Source: Octopus sinensis (Eukaryota). From it: a stretch of DNA of 64,000 nucleotides. The translations under genes and the position numbers were made by a program. The notes below the pieces were generated by a model that searched no databases, was not told where the DNA came from, and saw only the letters and a program-made list of their open reading frames with translations. Below, in pieces: positions 12,761 through 25,975 of this stretch (positions are counted from its first letter, which is position 1; every line of letters begins with the position of its first letter). The DNA is taken from the NCBI RefSeq assembly GCF_006345805.1, contig NC_042997.1, positions 90,892,001 to 90,956,000 on the forward strand. Reading direction: 5' to 3'.

Positions 12761-15239
12761 AGATAGTTTTATCCTTTTATTTGGCAGAAGTCTTAAAAAT
12801 GGCTTATTTTCATAACGCAAAATGGTAATTTAATCCTGATTGAGCCATGTCGCCACTATAATTACTCAGTAAATTTAGTCAGGGACTCACTTTCGTTTTT
12901 AATTGGAATCATTTTCCATTACCAATAACCTCAGGATAAGATTTTTAAAATAAAAAATAATGGCTTTATTGTTTTTAGTTTGTTTTTTTAGGTTTTTTTC
13001 CAACTATTTATTCATGAAAAAAAAAAGCCTGTTGACAGAAACTATTCCATTTTATATGTAAAGGATTGATTTTCGCAAACTCTGGTCTGCAAGAAATGGA
13101 GTATTACTTTTCACAAGCTAAATTGACCTGGATTTCTAATGTCTTCCCGATCTGCTACGCAGCTGTAAAGAGTGAGCTAAAGCAAGATAATATCTATTAG
13201 TTACTAAAGCCTAACAATGACACGAAGTAGAGAGTACTTTTCAATATGGCCGAAAGCTGTCAGCTAGGAAAGTAGGTTAACAAATATAGATTCAACTTGC
13301 TATGCTATAACGTTAGGTTGACCTCGCCAACCAGACGGACATGAAAGGAAAAGAATGTTGGCATAGCAACTGCGAACAAGAGCCAGTGCATGGGAATAAA
13401 AATATTATTTGCTAATACCTCACGCCTACCCACAGAGCCATCTTTAAATACAATAGGTACGCGTGTGTTAACAAACATACAATTGTCTTCTATGATTTTT
13501 AAGCAGTAAGAAACGAAAGACTTTTTCTTTTAGACTCCTGTTTTCTGTAAATATCAGGTCATACCGATTTTTTTTTATCATTTAGCCATTAGTTTCTTTC
13601 AACTTGGGCTACACACTACTTCATATGAACCAACGAGGAAGCGTTTTTACGTACTTGCTAGAAATAACAGTCAACTCTCCCTCAAATCCCGCCCTGCCAT
13701 CTTACACAAAGAACACATTTGATAATGTAGTCTTACATACATTACGCCTAAACAGATCACAAGATGGTCATGGCTGGACTGCTTTTGATCTTATCTGTAC
13801 GTTCAGGGTTGAACTGAGGCTAAATCACCTCTTATGTCACTGTATGTCTTTATTCATTTTGTATGTATGCGAGGAAGGAAGGAGAGCAATTATCGTCCCA
13901 AGGTCGGAAACTAGATACTACGATTAAGGATATGTAAAGTTTCAGCTTTCAATAAAATATATTTTACTGTTAGTACTAAATATTTTCTTTTTATTCAGAC
14001 TTTACATATAGACACGTGCATCATTTAACGGCACATTATACATACTTGTTATATTTCTATGCATTTTTACACTCCCCTTATTTATTTACCTTGTTTATTT
14101 TCGTCTTCTTTCTCTTTGCTAAAATCAATCTGTCCATTCCATTAATTCTTTTTGTCTTCATCTGTATTTGTCTTTCCTTCTCTCTTTCCGTATCACTTCA
14201 CCCTATAATCACATATTCGTATCACTCCATTTCTGTCCAAATGCCAACTACATTTTAGCACGGTCTGATATACAGATTTTACTATTACTACTACAAGTAA
14301 AATCTTGCTCAGTAATTTATTATTCTAGAATCTTTTGGTGACCTAATTTCAATTCTTGATTGAAACCGTTTCACTTTATGCCGTCAATTCTTTGGCAAAA
14401 CCATTCCATTATCTTAAACCTTGCCCACATATAAGAAACAAATATTGGAGAAAATGTTCATTAATGTGTATTCTGCTATATTGCCCAGAGTATTAGCGTT
14501 CATGTCCTTTCCAAGACTAAAATAACTACACGATTATCTCTGTAGATAATCGGTTCTTAACTTAACCTAATACTTTAGATATCCGTTATCGTTTATCTTA
14601 CATTGTTGTTAGTAATTGGACTGTGATCATGCTGGAGCACCGTCTTAAAGGCTTTAATCATACAAATTGACTGTACCTAGAATATCGCGTTAAATATATC
14701 TCACTTTTAATATGAAGCCACGTCAACTTATTTAACCCCAGGTCAAACAAGATCAAATAATCCTATGATAGTCAAAGACATTATAGCCGTAACCATTCTG
14801 TCTTTTATCTTTTAAGACAATATACCTAGGCCTATATTATCCAATGTCAGAGTAGGCTGTGACTTCAGAGAGATTTGGTTACTATTTCTAACACTAAACG
14901 ACCGAGTTCAAGCTCTCGTTGAATCCTCATTTTCTGTCGTGTTCTTTCTTGCTCGCTCATAACTTTTATTTGCTCTCTCTCTCACAGATTGTAGCTGTAT
15001 GGCTGGATGAATATTCTCTTAGTCAGGTGAATAAACAATTTCGATCGATAAAGAGGAATGGGAATGATAACAAGTGTGTGAGGATGTGATTAGATAAGAT
15101 ATTTATGAAAAGAACATAGGAAGGACTGTCTAAAATTATTAGCCCATTTTGTAGCAACCTTGATTGTTATACATTTTACAAACATTTATTTTTCTATATT
15201 TGTTTTAGAACAAACAGTTGGCGTATTTGTTCATTTCTA

Positions 15240-15946
15240 GTCTTGCTCTCTCTCTCCAATTCTACTTTTGTCTTTTTTCATTCATCATCATCCCCTCTCT
15301 GTCTCTCTTCTATATCATATAACTTCCACCATGCTACCCCTTCTCTCTCGGTTTTCTTGTTTATCATACCACCTCTCTCTCCTTTATTCTGTTACTCTCT
15401 TCCACTGTTGCCCAATTCTTTATCACACGATCTCTTTCTTCTGTTTCCACCTTTCTAGTTCTCCAATTTCATTCTTCCAATCTTTTGAATCTATCAAACA
15501 TGCTTTTTCAGTCTTCTTCCCCACCCTCCGCCATTTATCACTTTTCTCTTTTTCTTTAACATTGTAGTTCTCTCTCTCTCTCTCTCTCTTCATTTTCATT
15601 CTTTCTATTTATTCCTTCGCATATTTTCTGCACTTCTCTAATGTATGACAGTTTTCGCTCCTTTCTCCTTCTCTCATTGACACTATCATCATAACTCTTT
15701 CTGCCCTTCCCTTCTTTCTCTTATAATCACTTCCTCCCATTCTCTCTTTCCCTTGTATTTCGTACTTCCTCAATATTCATGCTAGCATGCCTAACACTCC
15801 TACTCGTTCCCACTCTGTCTTTGTTTAGAGACCTTCAACTCTCTTCCTGTCTCTTACCCATTTTTCATTTCCCCTCTCTGCTCTTTTTATCTGTCTTTCA
15901 CGTATTTCTGTCATTCATTCCCACGCTTTTTTATAATTTCACACAC

Positions 15947-16018
<72 letters not shown>

Positions 16019-16130
16019 GGCGCTTACATTTCAATCGATTATGGTACTCATGTAAGAGTCATACACATGGGTACATGCTTTCTATCTCACTTTTCTCTTC
16101 ACTTCTTTCTCTTTCTCCCTTTGCTACATA
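15240..16130. repeat. Polypyrimidine low-complexity region including (CT)n
   Basis: Strong CT bias; long (CT)n run at ~15950-16014. Confidence 0.9.
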
Positions 16131-16404
16131 AATTACAATAATTTTATATAAGTGCTAACACGCTATTTTAAAGATACCGTATTTAACGTAGATATTACGT
16201 TTTGCCTATGTAGCCTATTAACATTAGATTTTGTGCTAATTTCTATTGCAATGGACACTTTTTCCAATGTGGGTCTCGCGTTCCACTTTTACAGACACTC
16301 TTTCGATCAACTTTTACCAGTCCTCCCTACCATTCCCACGTCTCTTCGTTTGCAATTAGCTTTATAGATTCTTGTTTTACAACTTCTTTTTCCCACTCAG
16401 CCCA

Positions 16405-16568
16405 CTCTACGGAGTGTTTGGTGTTAGGAAGGGCATCCAGCCGTAAAAAAAAAACCATGCCAAAACACACTCAGAAGCATGGCGCGGTCTCCCGCCTGGC
16501 CAGCTCCTATCAAACTGCCCAACCCATGCCAGTATGGAAGGAGGACGTTTAACAATAATGATGATGAT
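16405..16568 (+). mobile_element. SINE family B ((GAT)n-tailed, RTE-type 3' end)
   Basis: GTTAGGAAGGGCATCCAGC..AACCCATGCCAG..GATGATGA. Other copies at ~17110-17290(-), 19260-19460, 26100-26430, 39500-39735, 53070-53250(-), 59145-59400(-). Confidence 0.75.
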
Positions 16569-17302
16569 TTCACTCTCTCACATGTACATACTCTGTACTG
16601 CTGGAAAGAAATCCAGATGGAAAATATATTTATTTTAAGAAGTAATGTTTATCACCACCTAAATGTGGGTGCTCTATAAGAATAGACGATACTGATATTT
16701 TAATCCCAGGAGGACGCCTGCAGTTAGTTATCCAGTGTATTTCACACTTAATATGTATTGCAAACGGAGAGAGAATGCTCTGGCATTCTCCTGGGGTTAG
16801 AATAGCAATATCATTCATTCTTAAAGAACACTAACGTTTAGGTAGCAATAAACATTACATCTCAGTATAAATACTGCTTTCATCTCTTATAGGGATTTTC
16901 TTAGCAAAATTATTTTAAGATACGTACAGGTGTTCTTTTCATGCTACCTTTTTTCATATTAAGAACTACATTTTCTGTTGTTTCCTTCTTTTAAGAATGT
17001 TGGATGTGTGGTTTGGAATGACCAGTGAAACTTAGTTATGCTCTCTTAATTATAGTCATGTAGGTTCTACTTAGATAGTTCCATGATAAAATGCATTGCA
17101 GTTGTGATTATCATCATTGTTTAATGTTCATTTTCCATGTTGGCATGGGTTGGGTGATTTGACATGGAGCTGGCCAACCAGGAAGCTATCCACACTCAAA
17201 TTATCTGTTGTGGCATGGTTTCTAAAGCTGGTTGCCCTTCCTAATGCCACCCACTTTGCAGAGTGCGCTTGATGCTTTTTATGTCATGTATATATCTGTG
17301 TA

Positions 17303-17651
17303 TATCTATTATATAAATCCCGTTCTGTGTGTGTGTGTAAAAGTTTATTACAGCCATATTTTTCAACTGATTTTCTCCAATCTGGGAACATACATTACTT
17401 ACGTACCAGGGATGGTTTTAGACTCTTAAAATTTTTCGCATAATGAGTAACAAGCCCCCTGGGGGCAGAAAACGCCCGTTCATGTGTTACGTGGCGAAGG
17501 GAGATAACTCTTTGCGAAGATACTTTCATAAGTTGATTGTCTCCCTTACATCCATTGGTCATCAAAAAAATTTTTTAGATATTTCTTTTTATATTAGATT
17601 CATGCCTTTGAAAGTTTTTTGAAATGTTTACTTAAGGTTTTCTAACGTCAG
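17303..17651 (+). mobile_element. Helitron-like 5' fragment
   Basis: Starts TCTATTATATAAA followed by (TG)n, typical of non-autonomous Helitron 5' ends; truncated at the palindrome. Confidence 0.4.
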
Positions 17652-17695
17652 TATATATATATATATACTGACGTTAGAAAACCTTAAGTAAACAT
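17624..17695. repeat. Perfect 72-bp palindrome centred on (TA)8
   Basis: 28-bp arm + 16-nt TA run + exact reverse-complement 28-bp arm. Confidence 0.95.
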
Positions 17696-19544
17696 ATATA
17701 TATACACACACACACAGCAGTCTTCTTTCAGTTTCTGCCTACCAAATCCAGTCACAAGGCCTTGGGCAGTCCAAGTCTCTAGTAGAAGTCACTTACCTAA
17801 GGTTCCATGCAGTGGGACTGTATCCAAGACCACATAGGAAGTAAGCTTCTTAACATGCAGTCACACCTATGCCATCGTTCTGCATCTATATTCTGTTGAT
17901 TTGCACCAAACCTTTCTTCTTTGAGCTAAATGTTTTTTCAAGGCTTCAAACTGATAGAGTAAAACTAGTTCTAATCTGTTAGAACATGAAGACATTGTCA
18001 GTAAAGAGTGTTGGTTTAGTTGTTGCAGTTGCAGTTAATCAACAACAATCTTTGATCATTCAGAATAGAATAGCAAATTTCATAGAATACTTTTATGATT
18101 AGAAAGCTTACAAGCTAACATTCTAATTTTGAACCCATGTAATCAATAGCTCAACTGTGGCAGCACTGTTTTAATCTCACTCTAACTATGTCTTCAAAAA
18201 AATATTTTCCAAAAAACAATGTACATGCCAGAATATTCTTGCAATCTTTTACAGGTATTTGTTGGGGATTATAAATTTTGCCCATGATAAAGATAACTGC
18301 TTGATAACATATTTTATTTATATCCTCTATCGAGCGTTGGGCCTCACAGAGGCAATGTGACCAATGCTGATGTTACATGAGTAGCACCTGTGCCAGTGGA
18401 ATGTAAAAAGCACTTTTTGAGCGTTGGGCCAAAGATAAACAAGATATGGCAAGTGACCTACTGCTATGAATTCCAAAGCACAACCATACTCCAGCTGGTT
18501 GTTCAAACACAATATATGTACATTAAATCACCAGAGACACTGGATGTCTCCCTGAAGACCTCCCTCAACCAATACAAGATGACATACATGGATGACATGT
18601 GCAAGTTAAAAATGTCTGAGCAAGCTCAACCAGATGATGAAAACATGTTCTGCAGATTTATTGACAAGTTATATATATAGATGACAATTGTTTCAATAAT
18701 GTGTGAAAGACAAATCAAATAATGTACATGGAGACATGGATCAGAACAATGATATTGTCATCAATTATATCATGTGTATCACTTATTGATCGACCCACAA
18801 TCATTTAGTTATAACTGAATGAATAAAGAAAATATAGTTACAGATTGGATAATTTCACTTATATAAAAATACAATAGTCTAGTGGATGGTCGTTATTTGA
18901 TTCAAGAAGGAGGGGCTAATGTTAGATGTTTCAACAACAAACAAAAATAAAAAACAAATGACTAAACAAGTTAATTATATTTCTTGATAATATAATTTCT
19001 CAGTTTCTATTTATCAATCAGCTTGCATGTCTTGGCAGTTGTCTGCTTGGTATTTACAGGTATCATAAAGCTTGCATATGCATGTGCACGCACACACTCA
19101 CACACACACACACACACTTGCATATATATATACATAATTATATATGCATCAGTGCATGTGCATACACATGCATATATGTGTGTGCATAGGTATATGGATG
19201 TGTTATTCTTTACTTGGATAAAGAAGTAAGAGCCTTTTTCTTTTCTTATCTTCCAAGTTACTTGGTGACTTCACTAGTGCCAGTGGCATGAAAAGAAAGC
19301 TCCCAGCGCACTCTGTAAATTGGTTGGTGTCAGGAAGAGCATCCAGCTGTAGAAATCATACAAAAGCAGACATTAGAGCTTGACATAGTGCAGTGGCTCA
19401 TCAGATCCTTGCAAACTGTCTAATCCATGCCAGCATGGAAAAGGGATGTCAAATGATGATGGTGGTGGTGGTGGTAGCAGTAGTGGTGGGTGTGTGTGAA
19501 AACAGTATGTAGTGTATACATACAGTGTTAGTAGAAATTATATA

Positions 19545-22500
19545 TCTACTGGCAAAAAAGTTCTGATCATTGGTGGAAACTATTGATAATGGAAAGTCTG
19601 GTTATGTTGTGATATATTTCTGTGTGGTGATCAAGCTATCTGTTTCTTTCAGTACATTATTGTCAAGCTATGTTTGTTTGGTTGCTGACAATTAATCAGT
19701 AAATAATGTTCTACTTGTTAAACATGTGATCAGAAGTGCATGTTGATATAGCATCAGACTATATTGCTGATTGGTCTGTATGATGATACTGATGTCAGCA
19801 CATCTGTTGATGAAGTATATGTATGAGTTGATTAGTCTGAAAAAATATTAGTGTACTTTAAAAGAGGAACACCTGTTGTGGTAGTTGATCAATCCAGAAG
19901 CTGATGACATAGGTGCATCTGTTAGTACTAGTCTGCCTGGTGCTATGCTTTTGTTCATGAAAACAAAATGCTGATTTGAGGATCTGCTCTTGAGTCATTG
20001 GGATGTCATGAATATGATAACATGAGGTTTTCACTACATTAATCCCATGTTGGATTTCTGTGCACAAAAAGAATAGCACCCAACATTTATTTTTGAAGTA
20101 GTGAAAAGCATATGTTTCTATCACAAATGAAATATGTGCATGAATTGTGCTGTTTTGCCCTGATCTAGTTTTCCTGACTACTATTAGAGAAATAACTAGA
20201 GTACTGATGGTAGGACAAGAGACTAGTGATAAATGAGCTCCAAATGAACTTACTTCATATTCATCTGATATATATATACTGGTTGAAACAAATGGACAAT
20301 GACCATGTCCATGTGAAGGCAGAAGTGACCCTGTGAGATTAGCATATATGTGCTCAGACTTTGCATAATGTGTAGCAAAGATGACTTATGGTGACTTGAT
20401 ATAGAGATGTATCTTTGCTTTTTGTTTATATAATGCAAATCCTAGTCTATTCTTGAGTTTTTTATTGATACTAAGCCAAATGAAGCATGCTGAAATCAAA
20501 TTTTTTGAAGAATTGGTACCAGAGTGTTTCAAACAATGGAATGTATTGAAAACCTCACAACAGTGACTTTGAGACACAAAAGTACATTTGTGACTGTTAA
20601 AGATTTCACACTAAATATATCCTGCTGAGAAGGAAGTGACATCTGATAGAATACTAAAGAACGAATTCCAAAAGTCAGGAGAGATCTTTGCTGTTCTCTT
20701 AAATAGCTGCTACCACATCTAAATTGATGGAGGCAATTGTGTGTAGTACATTCACATGAATACATGAAAGTGCATATATTGCGACATTGTCAATTACCTG
20801 AATATGATTGATGCTAGTTGTGTAGTGCGATAAATAGTTGAAGTTGATGATCTCTTTTGGTGAATGGCAATCAGGTTTAGACTTCAGAGTATGCGTTGGA
20901 AGCTTGTAATCTGATAGAAAGTGAAAACACAAACACTCAGCATGTGAGAGAAGTACTTCATGCTGAGATAGGCTACAACAAACACAAAGACACACACATG
21001 CATACATACACGCATGCACACACACACACACACACACACACACAAGCATGCACACATATCCACGCACGCACACACACACAATGACTTCCTTCATTTTCCA
21101 TCTATGAAATCCACTCACAAAGCTTTGGTCAGCCCAAGGCTATAGTAGAAGACAGTTGCCCAAGGTTCTATGCAATGGGACTGAACTTAGAACCATGTGG
21201 TTGGGAAGCAAACTTCTTACCACACAGCTATACAGTGTCTATATGATCACTTAAAGAACTTCTTGTGGTAATGACATTACCATCTCTCTTATCTCCAGAA
21301 ACTGAGAGTATATGAATGCTTTCTCTGTTTGGTCTCTTCTACGAAACCTAATGGAGTTGAGAATGCTTATATCCATTATGTCAAACTTGCAACCTAAGAG
21401 CTGAGAGCTGTCACTTCTGACTGTATTTAAGAAGTAAAACTAGTGGTAAATTCCACAGATCCCTTATGCTGCATTGGAAACATGGGTGAAAATACATTTC
21501 CATTAGCTTAGCTAATTACTCAATGAGGATACTGTCTTCAATTGATGTAAGAATGAGCTGCATATCTATCAAAAACCATTAAAGGAATTCTTTTGAAAAT
21601 AGTGTCCTCTGTGTGTTATCTTCCAGGAGTTGATGTACACTGAGTAGGATCCTGGAAATATTGAGCTAACCTAGCCCTTCCCAAATAAAATGCTGATGTA
21701 ATCACTTAGCTCTTTCCTCAGGATCATGTTGCTTACAATATGTAGTGGTGTGCTAAACAAGTCTCATCTTGGGCTATATTTGGCTAAAGTGAGCCTACAA
21801 TATAAGTGAAATGCATAAATTCTGACAATATATGGCATGTCAAAAACTGCAACTCATTTTGTGTGAACCAGAGGGTAGGTTCATTAGGGGTAAAAAAAGA
21901 GGGAGCTTCAAATGACTTCACTCTAAATACTGGGTGCATCTCAGACATAGCTGATGCCCCTTGCACTTTGCTTCCAAGAAAAGATGTCACATGTAAATGC
22001 TTCCAGTAGGTTGACTTTGATGGTTGTAAAAATAAACTTGCTTGTGGCTATCCATATGTGGCAGTGAAAAGCAAGTTATGTTTGTAGATTTGATAAATTG
22101 TGAAAGAGAGAGAGAGACAGAGTGAGTGAGTGTGTGTGTGTGTGTGTGTGTGCACATGCATGTGTGTACTGTATCTGAACAATATGAAGAAGAGATTAGA
22201 CATACGATGGCCGAGTGGTTAAGGCGTTGGACTTAAGTTCCAATGGACATCTGTCCGCGTGGGTTTGAACCCCACTCGTGCTAATTCATTTTAAATGGCG
22301 GTGCCCCAGCATGGCCACAGCTCATGAGCTGAAACTAGATAAAATAGAATTTTTTAAAATACCTGTAAAAAAAATTTCTGACTATTAGTGGAAACTATTG
22401 ACTATGAAAAGGTGAGGTACAATGTTTATTTCTCTACATAGTTATCAAGTTGTGTTTGTTTTTCTGTACAGCTGTCGAGCAAGGGTTGCTGATAATTAAC

Positions 22501-22600
22501 CAATAATTAATCTCTGCTTGTTATTCTCTTCTCATATATGACCAGAGGCTGACTGATAAATTACTTATCAGCTGGTCCAAAAGGTGTTGAAAGTAGACAC
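19545..22600 (-). mobile_element. Decayed Gypsy LTR retrotransposon (CsRn1/Kabuki-like), RT largely missing
   Basis: Gag relic FTPNEPTLWFTQNELQF (21784-21990), RNase H relic SDYKLPTHTL..HSPKEII..DNVAIYALS (~20770-20960), integrase zinc region FNTFHCLKHSG..LISACFIWLSINK (20386-20577). Diverged direct repeats ~19545-19790 and ~22361-22600 are probable LTRs. Confidence 0.8.
22201..22283 (+). tRNA. tRNA-Leu(TAA), probable pseudogene/retrocopy
   Basis: 83-nt type II cloverleaf with A box TGGCCGAGTGG, anticodon TAA at 22234-22236 in stem TTGGA/TCCAA and variable arm GGACATCTGTCC. The B box is mutated (GTTTGAA) and the first two acceptor pairs are mismatched. Confidence 0.9.
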
Positions 22601-23334
22601 CAATGTGCTTAAGTGGATGAATAAATGTCGTGCCAGTTCATGCCAGCCACCTTTGCCAATTTGAAAATTTTCATTTGTATTAATTGAGTACCACAAATAT
22701 TTGCTACGTACCTCTAAATCTGGTTACTGTATTTTCGACACAGATGTAGTGGAGATAGCGGCATATTTCAAGGCCAAATCTAATAAAGTGTCTTTACATT
22801 TGTGAAGGTAGCCAATTGATAGTTATTAAAGCATCGGCTAGAATTACACTGTATAACATGATTTTGGTCCTTGAGTAGCCACTATTATTTCTGATTTGTT
22901 TACCTCTAAAAAGTATGAAAAATGGCTAATATTTCCTGCAAACTTTGCTTTTTTACATTTGTTCAAACACCAAAAAATCCCTCTCAATACATGGCTATTA
23001 TGTTCCCCCCATTACTCCTGCTCATCATTAGAAATGCACATATTGTCAGCCACTAAGGGACATGCTCAAGTGGTTAAGGTCAAGCAAATATGTATGATAT
23101 TGAGCAGAATATTTGCAGTAACAATATTTCTGCTTCAGCAACTCAGCACTGAATCTGTCAGAAATGTAATGGATAATAGGTCAGTTTCAAAACATTGATG
23201 TCCAGATCACAAAGCAAAGTTTGAAGGAAATAATAGTCATTTCCTTTGATTTCTAGATAGAAGCAAATAGGAAATAGCACTTAATGACAAATAACAAAAA
23301 AAAAAAGTTAAAATTTTGTTACACATTGTTATTT

Positions 23335-23645
23335 AAGCCCTTTACTCCCAATGGAACATAGGCCATTGACAATTTTTCTACACTGTTCTCAACTCTAGGC
23401 TGTCTTTTCAACCCCCAGGTTTTGAATTGTTAGCAATGCTTTTGTAACTTTGCTCTTTACTAAATAGGGCTACTGGCCCTACACAAACCCATTTTTACCT
23501 CTGAGAAAAAGTGGTCCATGTTAGTCTGGCCTCAATCCTTTGACCTGTCCAGCATGGAAGACCCTACCAGGAGCTTGCATTCTGTTGGTATAGCTCTCAG
23601 AGTCACTGAGGCACACAAGCCACTTCATTGCAATAATGTGGTGGA
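23335..23645 (-). mobile_element. Bipartite non-autonomous RTE derivative (copy 1, degenerate)
   Basis: Similar to 37665-38070 (TTAGTCTGGCC..GACCTGTC..CCTACCAGGA..TATAGCTCTCAG). Confidence 0.55.
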
Positions 23646-24689
23646 TCAGATAGAATGCCTTGTGGTATTTGTTCGAGCCCTGCTCTCTGAGTTTGAATCC
23701 TGCCAAGGCCAATATTGCCCCCCCTCTCTCTCTCTATCCCTCTGTCTACCTTGGTGACACTCATTCTTTCAGATTATTTGTGTTTGTGTGTGAGGACAGT
23801 GAATTGGCAGAATCATCATTGAAGACAATATTGGAATCAATTAAGTACCAGTCAAGTCCTGGAGTTGATTTCTTTCTCTCTTCCTCTTCCCTGCCTCTCT
23901 CTTTCTTTCTATCAATCACAAGAAGGGGCTAAGAAAGACACATTCAGATTACAGTACCACAATTCTTCCACCACCACTGTGTGAACACAAGAAGGCAAAA
24001 CCTTTATTTGAAACGTTGATATAGTTGAGGTTTTGATGGAGTTAATTTGTGCCTTGGTCTGGTGACAAGAACAAGTGCGGTTACAAGCAATGCATTTCTT
24101 ATTAAATACAATTAACAGCTATAAATATCAGAAGGAAGGCAAAGAAGTCATTATTAGAACACTATATATAATTAACTCTCCTGTACAGTTTAGAAACATG
24201 AACAAAGATAGTTCTTGTAATTTTTCATTGTAGTTGTATGAAATAACAGTGAACTGAAGTGAATAAATAGTTGACAAGGATGAATCATTAGAAATGAAAA
24301 TTAGAAAAGTGACTGACAATCTTTAACAGCTGAATATACTGGCTAATAAATAAATTAACTCTATTTTTAATGATAAAACAGTATTTTTTTCCAACTCTTA
24401 AATCCTGTTACATCTATTTCTATATTGACCAAAGTTCATGACATGATCAAAACTAACCAAGTTTAGCTCAACAAACTATATTATTTAGTTTGAAGGACAA
24501 AATAAGCAATGTGAAGGACAAAATAAGAAATAAGCAAAGTAAGCAATTGATTTGATATGTCTATATTCTCAGGCTATGTACCCTATTATCATTGTGTGTG
24601 TTAGTATTTGTGTATAGTATAGTGCATAATGTATGTTTATGTGTATGGATGATAGTAAAATTAGTAAAGTGTTATGAATGTTATATCCA

Positions 24690-25700
24690 TCTTCTCCAGC
24701 TACAGTTCCTGGGAGGGTCATGAAGGTAGAATCCTCAGGCATTTCCAGTATAGGGTTCAATCAGAAGTAAATATTTTTATACTTTCCCTGATGGATTCCC
24801 AAGCATAACCAACTGAGACTATGGATATTACCTATCTCATTCTTTGTCTATTGCCCGTTGGCTTGTCTTGAAGAACGTCTTGCAATTCTTTCCTGTAATA
24901 TTCTAATCACGTGTTTGTAGTACCAGAGCTGTGGAGAATATGAAGAAGTAGAGGCTTGACCTGGAGAGACATTCTAATCTCCTGAATACACACACTGGAT
25001 GTTACACTGACTGCTAATATCTTTTAAGAAACGAAGACAGTCATTAGCAACAACACCCTCTAACACATTGAATCTCTGTCTCTCACCTTAACGACCACCA
25101 GCATGATTTTCATAAAGCCAGATCCATTGGTGGCTTACTCTCCTCTATTTCTCACAAGTGTTCCAGTTTGGTGAAGCTGTGTTATTACCCTCAACATCAA
25201 TAAAGATTTTGACTAGCATGCACATTTCCAATCAAAATATCCTGGGAGATGAGCAGGCCCCATTTCTCATCATGTGGACTGGTAGCTTTCAATCAGATCA
25301 CTCTATTCCAGTGTGTATTGAGCTCTTTTTACCCTGTATTCTATCAACTCTGGTGTGCTCCAGGCTTTTGTTTTGTCATTCATTCTCTTCTTTCTATGGA
25401 TCAATGACTTACTTGCTGCTACATCCAATAACACCCACTCTTACATACATGATTCTACTATTCATTTACCACTTACAATTTAGACACTACATGCTAAACA
25501 CAAGCTACATGTAGAATAATAACTAAAGCAAACTCATTGAATTATTACTTCTTTTCAATAGCATATTCTGGTTCTTCCTCTGTCATCACTATCTCTTAGG
25601 TCATGTTGCCTTCTGTCAATCCTGTATCCCCTGAATCACGTTAATTTGTATGTACATGTCTCAGAATACTAAGTACCCTTGCTACTCACACCTCTAATAT
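24690..25700 (-). mobile_element. Highly degenerate LINE (RTE-like) fragment
   Basis: Minus-strand C-terminal relic TLPGTVAG (cf. LQGTVEG) and coding-like composition with many stops. Confidence 0.4.
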
Positions 25701-25721
25701 CCCACTCCTGACTTATCACTA

Positions 25722-25975
25722 TGGAGCCACGTGGCTTAGTGGTTAGAATGTTGAACTCATGATCATAAGATTGTGGTTTCAATTCTTGGACTGGGCAGTG
25801 CATTGTGTTCTTGAGCAAAACACTTCCTTTCACATTGCTCTAGTCCACTCAGCTGACAAAAATGAATAATCCTCTGACAGACCAGTATCCTGTCCAGATG
25901 GGGAATATATATGCCACGAAACTGGAAAACTGGCCCTCATGAGTCAGTATGACACAAGATGGTGACTTTACCTTT
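25722..25975 (+). mobile_element. tRNA-derived SINE family C
   Basis: TGGCTTAGTGGTTAG head, TTGAGCAAAACACTT CORE-like body; second copy 56195-56495. Confidence 0.75.

Noticed and set aside
16630-16818. Minus-strand exon-like ORF
   Set aside because: Weak donor, no homology recognised, no partner exons.
22201-22283. tRNA copy as the primer-binding site of the Gypsy element
   Set aside because: It is a full 83-nt copy with trailer and no CCA, ~80 bp from the putative LTR, not an 8-18-nt PBS.
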